DNA of 64,000 nt, from contig CDMY01000198.1 of NCBI GenBank assembly GCA_001179505.1, positions 107,371 to 171,370 of the forward strand, written 5' to 3'. This stretch comes from Vitrella brassicaformis CCMP3155. Lineage: Eukaryota; Protista; Chromerida. The notes below the pieces were generated by a model. That model made no database searches, had not been told where the DNA came from, and saw nothing but the letters and a program-made list of their open reading frames with translations. Below are positions 10,091 through 22,685 of this stretch, in pieces; position 1 is the stretch's first letter, and the number at the start of each line of letters is the position of its first letter. Made by a program: the position numbers and the translations under genes.

Positions 10091-10448
10091 GCGTCCGCCT
10101 TTATGCCATGTTTTGGGCAGTGCATGCTGCGTTCGGATGCCGCTGTATCAACCAATCACTATGGGCGTACACTGCGCGTACATCACAGTCGCGATTTGCA
10201 GTGTGACTGACAAATCTGTGCGGACTGTGCGGACCAGGCACCATCCAGACAAAAAGACGTTAACAAAGTGATGGATGGATGGATGGATGGACAGGCAGAC
10301 AGACAGACGGGCCAGCCGATACAGACAGCCACACACAGACGAGTATCAAGACTGGTGCACGTGATGGTGAGTGCGGCTGGCTGCCCAATGAATGGCGTGA
10401 TCAATCAATGACAGACACTTCAGTCGTCGGTCGATTCATGTACAAGTG
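10090..10448 (+). repeat. Dispersed ~350-nt repeat, copy 1
   Basis: Homologous to ~15331-15680 and includes a 65-nt identical core (10152-10216 = 15382-15446). Confidence 0.9.
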
Positions 10449-10883
10449 GAGGCTCTTTTGGCATGTCCACTTTGTCCTTAGCGCCGTGAGTCGTGTATGC
10501 ATGTATGATATGCATCCATAGGTAGGGAGTATGTTGGATGGATATCGTCGCTTTGGTTGATGCATCGCATGCAGAGGTGCATTGCATGCGCGTGTTGTGC
10601 GCGCGGTGACGTGAAGTGACGTGATGTGGTGTGATGTGGTACACATACAGACAGACGGTCAGCTACAGACACACGTACAATACTACCCACCCTCACGCAC
10701 TAACAGACCTCACATGCCATGACATCTGCCTGTCTCTATCTTCCTTCCTGTGCTTACCACGTGTGTTCGTTCGCTGACATGCCTGTGCACGTGCACGCGC
10801 TCTGTTTTTCGGTGGGGTGGCCCTCCTTGGCTGTGTGCCCACAGGGCTCACTCACTCACTGCATGTTAATTGAGTCCGATGCA

Positions 10884-13191
10884 TCATATGATGAGGGGTA
10901 GGTAAATGACTTGGCTTTCAACCGACATACGTACGTGTCCCGCGTGCAACCTGTACAAGTCAGTCACCACCACTACCGTCCGTCTAAGCATTCGCATCAC
11001 TCTCGCTACCGATCGATGATAGCCGCAGAACAGCCGCCAGCCAGCCAGATCACTCGCTGGCCCCGTGCTGTCTGTGTCCGACTCTCCTCCCTGGCCGTCT
11101 GCGGTCTTCTTGTCATGCGCGTCGCCCTCGGTGGCGTCTGCCTGGCGCTTGCTGTGCTCGTAGCAGGCCTGTGGTGCCAGCACAGGTCCATAAGCGGCCT
11201 CCTTCTTGAGCTGGGCAAGTGTTGGGCGGCTTTGGACGCGCCTTTTGGTGAGGGGGCGAGCGGCAGGGAGCTGGCCGTTGTTGTAGGCCTCGACGTCCAC
11301 GTTCGGTGGCACGCCGAGGCCGAGCACCTGTGAGTGCTTTGTGAGCCGCTCCCAGAACTCCTCGCCCAGCACCTCCTTGACGAACCGCTCGTCGATGGGC
11401 AGCAGCGGCTTGATGAAATTCTTGCCCGCAGACACCGGTGTGAACAGAAGTGCGAGCACTTCGTCCAGAAGCAGCAAGTAGTAGTCCACCGGTAGGTGTC
11501 TGCCTTTCTCGGCCTCTGCTCCGCTGCGACTGCCTCAGCCACCTGCAGTCACACACAACACAACACGCATGTGTATGGACATTCATGAGGAAGTGTGTAC
11601 CACCCACTGACTGACTGACCGACTGACCTTTTTTGGATCCTGGTCGCATTTAAGGACCAGCTTGATGGCTGCGTCCCACGAATATTTGACTGCTGGGGCA
11701 TTGGCGAGTCCTTGGAGGATGGCGGCGAGGAGAAAGCCCACTGCGCACACGACACGACACGCACACACGACACGAGTCACCCATCTCATGGCACACCGAT
11801 AGGTGTGTGTGTGTGTATGTTACTTACGTGGCTTGAGGTCAGGGTATGTGTCGCGGATGTATCTAAACACCAGGTAGGGGTCTGTCATGTCCACCTTGCC
11901 GCTGTTGGCGGGCTGGGTGGCGAGCTGCAAAGCATCCACACGCACGTACACATATGTGAATGACGTCATGTAGGTGGTGGGTGAGGTGTGGCGGTCATGT
12001 CTCACTCACTCACTCACCCTGATGTACTGGGCCACTTCATATCCGGGGAGGTAGCCCATCTCGTTGGCCATCAGGATGAATACGATGATGATGATGATTA
12101 TGACCCCGTTGCAGCACCAAATTATCTGCACGATACACAACCAACACGCATCACAACACAACACACACCCATCCACAATCCACATGCGTGTCCACCTGAC
12201 TCACTATGGTTCTTGATCTTCTTCTTGAGCTTCAGGTAGGCCTCGCTCGTGAGGTCCTGCAGGGCCTGGGACAGCATCTCGAACTCAGCGTACCCTCCCG
12301 CAAAGGCACACTTGATGCTGCCCCAAAGCCCTGCCAACCCGACCGTCTGACACACATACACACACATACACACACACGCACAGGCAGACCGTCATGGGTG
12401 TATACGTCCGTCTTCAGGTCAGTTGAGTGCAGCTTTTGGCGTACCAGCTGCAGATTGAAGAATTTGCTGTATTTGAATGGCCTCCGCAGCCATATGTACA
12501 GCCTCTCTCCCGTGGTGTACAGGCGGTCCTTCAGGGCCTTGGCGCCCCTGTCGCAGAACACGTACTGCACACACACACACACACACACACATGCAAACAT
12601 CAGGTCGTCTGTATCCGTTGTGTTTTCTCTCCTTCGGGCGCTTACCAACGAGTTGGAGGTCCCCGTGACGAAGGAACCGAACAACGCCAAGAAGAAAGAA
12701 CCGAACCATGTGTTGGTCTCGGAGTTCTTCCAATGCTTGGCGTGTTCGTCCTTCTTGAACCCAAACGAGTCGACCTGGAATACACGTACAGCAACACACA
12801 CACATCCATTCACTCATTCATTCGCCCATCCATCCCCCCAGCCACTACCCCTAGAGCCACTGACCTCTGCGTAGGCCTTTGGGAAGACGGCGCACGAGCA
12901 GCCAGCGGCGTACTCCTGCACCGTAGCCCAGTGGGTCTTAGCCTTGGCAACCTCGAAGAGGTCATGGCGGACCACGCCGCCCTTCTTGTGCTTGTGGTCG
13001 CTTTTGATCTTCTCGGCCTCCAGCTGGGCTTCGGTCCTGGCCAGCTCGGCCTCAAGGTCAGCGACCCTCTTGGACAGCTCGTTTAACTCGGCCTGGTGGT
13101 CCGCCTTCTCTCGCTCAAGCCTTGCAAGGCACCGCTTGAGGTAGCGGTTCTCGCGTTAGAGGCCGTCGAGACTGGGATACGGCTGCGGCAT
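10884..13191 (-). pseudogene. Multi-exon gene of unknown function (N-terminal coiled coil, hydrophobic segments) with an early in-frame stop
   Basis: ATG 13191 reads MPQPYPSLDGL*RENRYLKRCLARLEREK...; the TAA is at 13156-13158. At least seven downstream GT-AG-bounded coding-like exons. A possible second frameshift lies near 11490-11510. The 3' end is approximate. Confidence 0.5.
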
Positions 13192-15330
13192 GCCGGCCGT
13201 GATGTCCTTATTCACAATAGCAAGCAATGGAGGGAGGGGATGCGGGAATAGGGATAAGCGGGATGGCCTCAGTGCCGAGCAAAAGACCCTCAATGGGTCA
13301 AATCAGAAGCTCCAGGAGCCAGCTGGTCCTCACTGGGCGAATGCGTTGGATTGATGGAGTGCCGATTAATGCTGGCTGGCGCACGGCACTCGGGCACACA
13401 CAAACCGTCGTCTGCACGATGGCGTTGTTGTGTGTACGTGTTGTTCGTCGTTTCGCGATTGCGAGCTTAAACGCTCAGGAACTGACAAACAACAAACAAA
13501 CAGCAATTTTGAAACGAGTGAAGCGATCGGCTGTTTCACTTATCTTTCCTTCACGTGCTCGACTCATCTGAGTGTGCATTCATGTGCTGCTGCCTCTCCC
13601 CGCCCCTCCCTCCTTTGTGGCGCATGAGCAGTCACTCGAGAGCGTCGATGACACTCACTCACTTCAGTCAGTCACCCATCGCAGAGCGTAGGCAAAGCAG
13701 TGCAGGGCAGGCAGCAAGGCAGTGAGTGAGATGGCCAGGCAAGCAGACACCGCACCCAAGCAGCCGAGCAGTCAGCCAGGAAAACGACGAGAAAAACCAT
13801 TGCAAACGGACACGGGTCAGGCAGGGTGGGTCAGACACGATGGGTCATGCCGAGAGGAAGAGGAAACTCCGCCAGAGAGGTCTTCCATGCTTCATTCGCT
13901 TCGTCGAACTTGCCTCGAGTGGGTCCATCATTGTTCTCTGCTTTCCTGGATGCAGGTGGCACGAGAACGCCGATGGCATCAGCATGAGGGCAGCCGCACC
14001 ACAAGCCGACCAGCAAGAGTGCTGCGGCATGATGCCGAGGGAAATGGCGAAGATCTTTGCTGCCGAGAGGAAAGGGTGCTGAGGAAGCAAGATCTGATGA
14101 GCAACATGCCTCTCAGGACCTTCAGGGCCTCTTCGCGGCTGCGCGTTGACAAAGTGATGGGGATGATCTTGCAGATGATCTTGGTCTTGGGGGTTCGGGG
14201 ATGCATCCGTGTTTTCATGCCTATGTGTGTGCCATCAGGTGAGATACATCCATCGTCTGGGCGTTTGCTCGAGCGCGAGGCATGGGGGCTTATGCCGCGG
14301 CATTGGTTCATCGTTGTGCCCATCATCATGAGCTATCTTCCGTTGGCCGCATCCGGCAAGGAGGGTTTCATCGTGATGGAGGAAGGCGAAGCGACTGGAC
14401 GGCATCCTCATTCGACCACCCGCGTCCTTGGCAAAGTGCCGCAGCGGCTTATTCGATGGCGTGAAAACGCGACCGTCATCTGGACGTGAAATCGCGAGGG
14501 ATGAAGTCACGTCCACAATCAGGTACACGCACAGACACTCAGGCTATACATTTGCGCGCATCTATGTTGTTGTTTCCTGTGGGTCATGCATTCACCTTCA
14601 TCGTGTAGGGCGGTTTATCCACGACTGCGATGAAGGTGCCAACCCCGCTGCAGCGGGGCGTGCTGAGAAGGCCACTTTGGACGAAACAAAACGTTTGAAA
14701 CAACGTGTGTGCGATTGTGTGTAGGTGAAGCGTGATGTGCTGCTGAAGGGTCTCTTGTCTGTGGGAGCAAGGTGTGCCCACACATAGACTAACATGTGTG
14801 GGCACATGTGTGAATGTGTCGTATGGTGTGTGAATGTGTCTTTATGTGAAGGTATCGAGGTGAAACACGTGGGGGTCGCATGCGTACCAGGTGAGTATGT
14901 GGGCGTGGGATGCGTGTGTGTGCATGGTCATCTGTGTGTGTAGGCGACAGTTTCTACGGCGTGCCGGTGGAGGGATGCGGGGATGCGTAAAAGGCGGAAA
15001 AGGCGGATCGATGTGTATGTCCAGCTATTGTATGTATGTGTGAGTGAGTGTGTCGTTAGGCCTTTCTAAGTTAACGGGGGGTGGCCTTGATAAGTAATCT
15101 CTCACGGTTTTGCTGGCGTGAACGGGGGAAGGGTCAGAAAGCAGGCCCATGGCCGTCTGCCTGCCTGCCGGTCTATGTGTCTGTGTGTCTGTGTGTCTGT
15201 CTGTGTGTCTGTCTGTCTGTCTGTCTGGCGACAGACAACCAGCTAAACCGACCAGTGGTTCATTTCGCCGTCTGCATATCTGTGGAAGTGTGTCTTCCTT
15301 GTTGCTTTTCCCGCTTTGTTCACGTGAGTA

Positions 15331-15680
15331 TGCGTCCGCTTTTATGCCATGTACGTGCAGTGTACGCCATGTTTTGTATGTCCAATCACTATGGGCGTAC
15401 ACTGCGCGTACATCACAGTCGCGATTTGCAGTGTGACTGACAAATCACTTGACTGATCATCTCATGACGTGTCTGTGCAGAAAGACGTTTACAAAGTGAT
15501 GGATGGATGGATGGGCAAGGCAGACAAGGAGGAAGACAGGCGGGCCAGCCGATACAGACAGCCACACACAGACGAGTATCAAGACTGGTGCACGTGATGG
15601 TGAGTGCGGCTGGCTGCCCAATGAGTGGTGTGATCAATCAATGCAGACACTTCAGTCGTCGGTCGGTTCATGTACAAGTG
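15331..15680 (+). repeat. Dispersed ~350-nt repeat, copy 2
   Basis: See copy 1. Confidence 0.9.
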
Positions 15681-15826
15681 TGTTGTGTTCAACACGAGTC
15701 AGTCATGGGCAAAACCGGATGGACACAACGAATATACAGACGTACAGCTGCAAAGCGCTACTATACAACGCACTCACACTCACACACACACACACACACA
15801 TACACACATACACACGCAACAGCGTC

Positions 15827-16082
15827 TCACTTGCTGCTCTTCCTCTGCTGCAGCATGTAGAACCGACCTATGCTGACAGGCTCCAGCGAACCAGTCATGA
15901 TCCAGCCCTCAATCTGCCAGGTCACACCGCCCGGCCCCCCTCCCTCTCCAGCCCCTCCGTCGCTGTCGTCAGCTGCTGATGACATCGGTGCGGCGCTCAC
16001 TTTGCCGAAATAGTACTGGTCGGCGTTCATATTGGTGCCCTGGCTCTTCATCCTCGATACCTGACAGACAGACCACCCATAT

Positions 16083-16135
<53 letters not shown>

Positions 16136-17211
16136 CCGGTCGACCTCAGTCCCTGTGCGTGTCCATCTCCCTGGTACTCACCTTCAGCCAGACTTTGCGG
16201 TCGTCATCGGTGCCGAGTATCCTCTCATGTGACGTCAGGTGGGGCCAGCCCAACACCCAGGAGCCTCGCAGCACTTTCCTCAGGGGCGGCCTCGACCCAT
16301 CAGGCGGCACATCGGTGGCCATGGGATCTGCGAGTGGGACAGCCTCGAAGGTGCCGTTGGAATGGAGCTGCATCGTGTAGAGGGCGGCGGAGGATTCCCT
16401 CGACAGCCGCTCGTCTGACCGCCTCGTTAGCGTCCACAAACCTGAAGGACAGACACACACATACTCAATGCATGCATCGCATCAATCAGTGAGTCGGTGA
16501 GTTGGTTATACCTGCCAGGCTGTCCCGGCTGATCGCGGGCCTCATTTGTTTCTCCAGCCGCCTCTTCATCCATTTCAGCCCCTCAGCTCCGCCAAATTGC
16601 TGCGACGAGAGGATCTTCTGCATCGAGAAGTCACCCACGTAAGTCGGGTCCATCGATCCCGCCGACACGTAGCCGTCCACGCGACTCGTCTTCTCCGCCC
16701 CGTCGGGGATGGGCCCCTCAAGAAGGTCAAAACCGATCTGGTTGCTCAGAGATCGGTCCACCCAGACGGACAGACGCTGACCGTCTGTGTCCCACTGCCC
16801 CGATAGCTGAGCGGCCTCGCGGCGCCGCCTTGACAGATAGCTCACGCTCTCCTCGTCTTCGCTCTCCGCCGTGGCCGCTGCGGGCCCAATAGCCGCCGAC
16901 CTCAGGCCGCCGAACTGATTGAGGACCACATAAAACTCTCTGCAATCTCCCTCCACGAGTGTCCTGAGCCGCCAGGTGCCGCTCAGCAACCAATGGTCCT
17001 CTGTCGGCACGAACTGGGTGCGGGAATAAAGAGGTGGTGTCCTCATCCACCGTCTTGGAAGGGCTGGCTGGATAAAAGCTGAAAGAGCTGATGCGCGTCC
17101 ATCAGGGTCTCTCAGAGCCCTCCAGCGATGCATGGTGCCGCCTGCTTCGCAGCAAATGGAGCAAACGAGGCTCGCTACGAGAGGCGCCGAAGATGACAAT
17201 GACAACAACAT
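15827..17211 (-). CDS. Three-exon protein of unknown function with a possible signal peptide and two internal beta-rich repeats
   Basis: ATG 17211, GT-AG introns at ~16445-16512 and ~16062-16180, TGA at 15827. Repeated motifs are YVSAGSMDPTYVGDFSMQ and WIMTGSLEPVSIGRFYML. Confidence 0.75.
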
Positions 17212-17419
17212 GATCACAGATCTTGACAGATGCTGATCTTCACTGCATGGCGCTCGCTGCATGGAGCTTCCCCTGCGACGGCCGAACTGCGAGCTCAGCC
17301 AGCGGATCGGCGTGCGAAGATCTTGCCGCTTGTGCTTGGCGTCTTGTGTTGCGACGGCATCACTGCCCTGAAGGATCCGTCCATCGTTTGTTTGATCATC
17401 CCCCGACGTTGCCGTCATC

Positions 17420-18293
17420 ATGTCGAGTGTGGAGGGCGAGGAGCGTTTTGACAGCTTCTTCATGAAGGTGGCGGAGGAGGCCCGCGGCATCGACAACCTG
17501 ATGGACTACTTCTTCAGCTTCCTGGAGCGCAAGACCGACTTCTTCACCGGCGTGCAGGACAGCAAGATGGCGGAGCAGACCGTCATGAAGGCCTTCCACA
17601 AGCACCAGAAAAGGGCCATCAAGCGCAGGGAGGACGAGAAGCGTCGGCATGCCGCCGAGGACGAGGAGAGACGCAAGAAGCTCGCTGCGCAGCGCGAGAA
17701 GGACAAGGCCGAGTACGAGAAGCTGCAGGCCGAGCGCCGCAAGCAGCAGGAGGACCTGTCCAAGCGACCCAAGATCGAGGAGATCACCGAGGAAGAAGAC
17801 CACCAGCAGGACCACCCGATGAAAGACCGGCAGCCGACCACCAACGGCGCCCACGCTGCCGCAGGCAAGGACCAGCCGTCGTCGTCATCTTCTGCCAGCC
17901 AGGCGGCCAACGGCACTACTGAGGACAAGGAGATCAAGGACAAGGCCGAGGAGGTGGTCATCGGCGAGGATGACGACGAGGCCGACGACGGCGCCCCCAA
18001 CCCCGCCAAGTACGGCAACGGCGGCAAGACGGACCGCTACACCTGGACACAGACACTGGGCACCGTGGAGGTGCTCATCCCAGTGCCGCCCGGCACCAAG
18101 TCGTCGCAGCTGAGTGTGGTGATGACTGCCGACCGGCTCAAGGTGGGGCTCAAGGGCCAGACGCCCATCGTCGACGGCAAGCTGCACCAGAAGATCAAGC
18201 CCGACGACTGCATGTGGACCTTGGTGGACAACAAGCTGGTGCAGATCAACATCGACAAGTACGACGCCATGCGGTGGTGGAGCTGTGTGCTGG
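17420..18293 (+). CDS. NUDC: Nuclear migration protein NudC (3' end hidden by the gap)
   Basis: N-terminal RFDSFFM..A....GI..LMD.FFSFL.RKTDFF motif and CS/p23 domain GNGG....Y.WTQTL..VEV..PVP.G....W. Runs into the N gap at 18294-18593. Confidence 0.95.
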
Positions 18294-19171
18294 NNNNNNN
18301 NNNNNNNNNNNNNNNNNNNNNNNNNNNNNNNNNNNNNNNNNNNNNNNNNNNNNNNNNNNNNNNNNNNNNNNNNNNNNNNNNNNNNNNNNNNNNNNNNNNN
18401 NNNNNNNNNNNNNNNNNNNNNNNNNNNNNNNNNNNNNNNNNNNNNNNNNNNNNNNNNNNNNNNNNNNNNNNNNNNNNNNNNNNNNNNNNNNNNNNNNNNN
18501 NNNNNNNNNNNNNNNNNNNNNNNNNNNNNNNNNNNNNNNNNNNNNNNNNNNNNNNNNNNNNNNNNNNNNNNNNNNNNNNNNNNNNNNNNNNNNGCGGGTG
18601 TCTTTTTGGTCGGGTCTGGCTGGGAGGGAGGGAGGGAGGGAGGGGGGGAGGGAGGGAGGGGTGGATTCATTCATTCATTTATTCGATCTTGTGTACATAC
18701 ATACATACTTACATATGAGCTCGAGTGCCTTGTGAGTGAGCGGCTGGTTTAAGCGGGACAATGACAGACAGCCACGGTCCGTGCACGTGTGTGTGCGTCG
18801 GCCCATCTTGCTAGGTACTGGTGCGTGAACAAATGCGAGACTCCTAATTACACTCGTGCAATGAATGGTTCGTTCATTCGTTGATCCATCCATCACTCAC
18901 TCTCACCCACACAAGCTGATACCATGCAGTCGTGTCAGTGTTGGTGTCCTCACATGTTGTTTTCCACGCACATGGTGGTATTTTCTCTGAGTGATTCTCT
19001 CTCACTGTGTGCCGTCGCCGGCCATTCGCTGCAAGTCGCGGACGGCTCGGGATAGGCGGAAGTCACCTTGCACACGACACCTCTGCAAAAATGGATCGTA
19101 GTACCTACACAGACAGAAACAGACAGACATTTCTCCATTCATGTGTTATCTATCGTTCTTGGCGTGGCTGC

Positions 19172-20303
19172 TCACGCCATGACCCCTCTGATGAGTTTGC
19201 ATCTCTCTGTGAAGGGCATGTCTTCATCCGCGATGTATGAACGTCTCATTTCTGCGTAGTGGGCGTCGCGTCTTGGCGTCTCTTCTGGCCCTTCCTCGAC
19301 GTTCTCGATTGCCTTGACCCGCGATGCAATGTACGCCAGGGCCATGTCCTTGAGGTAACTGCGGCTAAGTGCGAATTGTGTGTGTCGTGTCTCGCTGTCG
19401 GTCTGGCTGTCTCCCGTTTGGCCTCACTTGTGTTCCTTCCGTTTGATCTTTTGCGTCTTGTCACCGAACAGCCCTCCAGCGCTCGCCACCTTCTGTCGCT
19501 TCATCGAGACACACCTGTCCTCATGTGAGCCCCTGTCCACATGTCAGACACACGCACAAAGGCAGCCACCAATGAGCGGAGAGGGGAATGTGTCCGTCTT
19601 GTGTGCGTGTCTGTGCGTCTGTCTGACGTGAGCGTTGGGTCGTATGCCACGCGCCCAATGATGCGTGAGTTGCGACAGATCTCCTCACAGCGTCCTTCAA
19701 ACAACTCTGAAGGCAACAAGGCATCGGTAGTCATTCTGTCTGTGTGTCTCCCTCTCTGTCTCTCTTTCTGTGTCTCTCTATCTGCTTATGCCCACCCACC
19801 CATGTGGGGTGGGCAGAGAGACTCGAGGCCCGTGATCATGAACTCATCCGCCAGCTTTGACATCGGCACCTGAACGAACGAACGAATAAACCAATCAATC
19901 ACTGAATCAATGATGTTTCCATGTTGGCTGGCCTCTTTCAGAACGGCGAGTCCATTGTTGTTGAAAGCCTTGACAGTCACTTCACCGGGAGAAGCGATTG
20001 GCTCCAGCTGTGCGTCTGTGTGCGTGGCGGCCGGCCGGTCCTGCAGCCGCACTGGGCGCGACAGAGACAAGTCCCACTGAGGCGGTACCTGCAGCCAACA
20101 CAAACACAGGGGGATGGAGGCAAAGTGATCACGTGCCCGTCTTGTGGCAGTGTGTGTGTTTGGCTTGCCTCGTAAGGCGGCAGCATGCCTTTGGCGCGGC
20201 GGACTTTCCTGACGGCGGGCCCGAAGTGAAGCTGCGCATCGGTGAGTGAGAGCAGACCGGCCGCCACCACCAGCAGCAAGCAAAGGAAAGACGAACGATT
20301 CAT
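19172..20303 (-). CDS. Multi-exon protein with signal peptide, function unknown
   Basis: Starts MNRSSFLCLLLVVAAGLLSLTDA-QLHF. About seven short exons; the last reads ...YLKDMALAYIASRVKAIE...KLIRGVMA* with the stop at 19172-19174. Confidence 0.6.
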
Positions 20304-20675
20304 GGTCGGTGGTGCTTGCTCTTATGCAGACACACAGGCGAGGGTGGGTCAATTGCTTCAAGTGTATGTGTGTACATATGCATCGACCTGTTTACGTTCA
20401 CAGCAGTTCACTCGGTGTGTGTGGTTGAGCACCTAGGTAACATTCTTGCTTGTGACGGATGCGGATGCGATGCGAGCACACGTGTGTGTGTGTGTGTGTG
20501 TGTGTGCACCCCAGACAGACCAGAGCATGTGTGTGCAATGAGACAGATACAGCAAGGCAAGGACGATTTGTGGATGTCTGGAGTTGCAGAAGTACATTCA
20601 GGCACACTTGTCTCCCGTGTCATGTGTGTAAGCATGAGACAACCAAATATAAAATGTGGGCACCGATTGCCGTCC

Positions 20676-21770
20676 TCATGAACATGCTTGATGGCCGACA
20701 GCCGTAAACTGCCTCGGCCTGCCTGTTGGCTCCGCACGGTTGGCGTCCATACCCACCAGCGAGAATGTGGACAGGATGGGTACCTGTTTGCACATGTCCC
20801 CCGCCTGCAGCCGTCGCCTTCCCGCCTCCCCATCCTGGTACACCTTGAAGTTCCGGCTGTCATGCGGTGGCACCGGCATAAACTTCCTCAGTTTGCCTGT
20901 GCGCTCGATGTCGTTGACGTCGATACTCAGGTGTGATAAGGTGGAAAGGATGGTGAAGTGGAGCTGCAGACGCAGGTGAGGAAGCTCGAACACCTCGCGC
21001 AGCATGCCCAGGATTGTCTTGACATCATCATCATTAAAGCTGACCTCCCGCACGTGCTTCAGCGTGGCGCACACCATGGGCAGCACCGTGGTCAGCCGGC
21101 CAGTCCTGCACCCCAACTCCAGCATCGCGGGCAGCGATATCGAGAAGAAAGGGGCGGCCGCCTTGTTGTTGTTGGTCTGGTCGAGCTTGACCAGCAAGCA
21201 ACCCAGAAGGCCGCCCAGGTTCGCGACGGTCTTCCGATAAGGACCGTCTTGGGCTGCAGGGTTGCTGGTGGCGTACATGAGGAGGTGCTCGATGGCGAAC
21301 AACACGAGCCGAATTGTTGAGCGAATCACGAAGGGGATGGGCTGCGCAGCGTCGACTCCTGACAGGAATGCGCCAGTGTCTCGCGATCTTCTGGTCCTCT
21401 CGATGACCATGAACGAAAGATGAAGACTGTTCTGCTTGGTGAGTCGGTGCCGCCTTGAGCCCCTACATACATTCACAACAACACGGACACACAGCATGAA
21501 TCAGTGGCGTCTTCCTCTCCTTCGTTACTTCCTTCCTCCTCGCTACACACGCCCAAAAACCTTGCAGTACGCGCATCCGCACTCCTTCCCGTCCTTCGGC
21601 TGCTGGAGCTTGCTGTTGTCGAGAGAGAAAATGATGCTGCTGAACCGCTCGAGAGGCGGTTTCTCATGAGCAGCAGAATGGCGGGGCTCGTGCTTTGCCG
21701 CAGATGTGCTGGTCGTGGAACTCTTTCAGCAGGTCGTGTGCTTTTTCACGATGCTGTTCGTCGACCCCAT
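20676..21770 (-). CDS. Stand-alone NOT1 (CNOT1) CAF1-binding MIF4G-like domain protein; 5' end uncertain
   Basis: FMVIERT, TVANLGGLLG, LTTVLPMVCATL and ILGMLREVFELPHLRLQLHFTI..L.IDVNDI parallel CNOT1 YLVMKRV, LLKNLGHWLG, LLYVVPFVAKVL and IMNVLAELH...LKLNLKFEI..L.LDINEL (from memory). In-frame intron at 21463-21570. Confidence 0.65.
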
Positions 21771-22157
21771 ACTGAGGGCGTGTGAGTAGTGAAGAGTGTG
21801 TGGAGAATTGAGGGAACACGCCTTCTCTCGGTGATCACGACTTCTGCCCCTACACACATGACAAAACGACACATGATGTGCACAGCATGAGTGGTTGACG
21901 TCTGCCCAGCATGCTGCCCAGCAAACTTAGAACGACTTGCCTCCCAATGTGCGCAGCTGCACTCCTTCTCATTGAAAATATGACAGACGCGGATTGCTCG
22001 TAATTTGCTGAGCATAGTGGTCCGTGTAATGGACATGATCGCCAAAGGGAAGACGTAAATTAGGGTTTGCGGGGTCAGCTTGTCTCAAATCTCGCCGAAA
22101 TTCAGCCGAATGCATTAATTGGATGATGTATGCACCAGACTGATATCACTGGTCATA

Positions 22158-22245
22158 CATCACGTGCACCAGTCTTGACACTCGTCCGTGTGTGGCTGTC
22201 TGTATCGGCTGGCCCGCCTGTCTGTCTGCCTGTCCATCCGTCCAT
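22158..22245 (-). repeat. Dispersed repeat, partial inverted copy 3
   Basis: Reverse complement of ~10286-10366 (gggccagccgatacagacagccacacac..caagactggtgcacgtgatg). Confidence 0.85.
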
Positions 22246-22274
22246 GTCCACGTGTGTTCAGTGAGTGAGTGAGT

Positions 22275-22650
22275 CTATGCCGCCATCTGCTGCTCCTTTT
22301 GGTCTTGTGTGACGGTGTCGATTGCCTTGGCCAGCGTCTCGTTGAGCAGCTGCACCGGCTCGCCGTCGTTGACGACGAACTTGGGCTGGCCGCCCTCACT
22401 CAGAGATGAGACGCCCTCAACCACAACCTAACACACAGAAAGACACACACAGACAAGAGTGTGCCTGCCTCTCTCTCTCTCTCTCTCTGCCTGTGTGTGT
22501 GTGCTCAGTGTGGTCACTTCTGTCACAGCTTTCTTTCTCTCTGGCGGGACGGCCAAGTGGGCGTCGTGGGCGTCTTCCTGCTCGGACTGACGACACTTCA
22601 GCGCATTGTACCTGTCCTCACACACACACTCGTCTGTCTCTCTGTCTTTG

Positions 22651-22685
<35 letters not shown>

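Noticed and set aside
13722-14528. 255-aa plus-strand ORF and overlapping minus ORFs; QHSCWSACGAAAL as a tyrosine-recombinase box II
   Set aside because: No catalytic Arg, GRW or Tyr follows, the frames are interrupted, and there is no splice or codon support.
14660-14705. ctgagaa...ggacgaaac as a hammerhead ribozyme
   Set aside because: The core is mismatched and stem I cannot form.
22055-22070. ttagggttt telomere-like motif
   Set aside because: Single unit, expected by chance.
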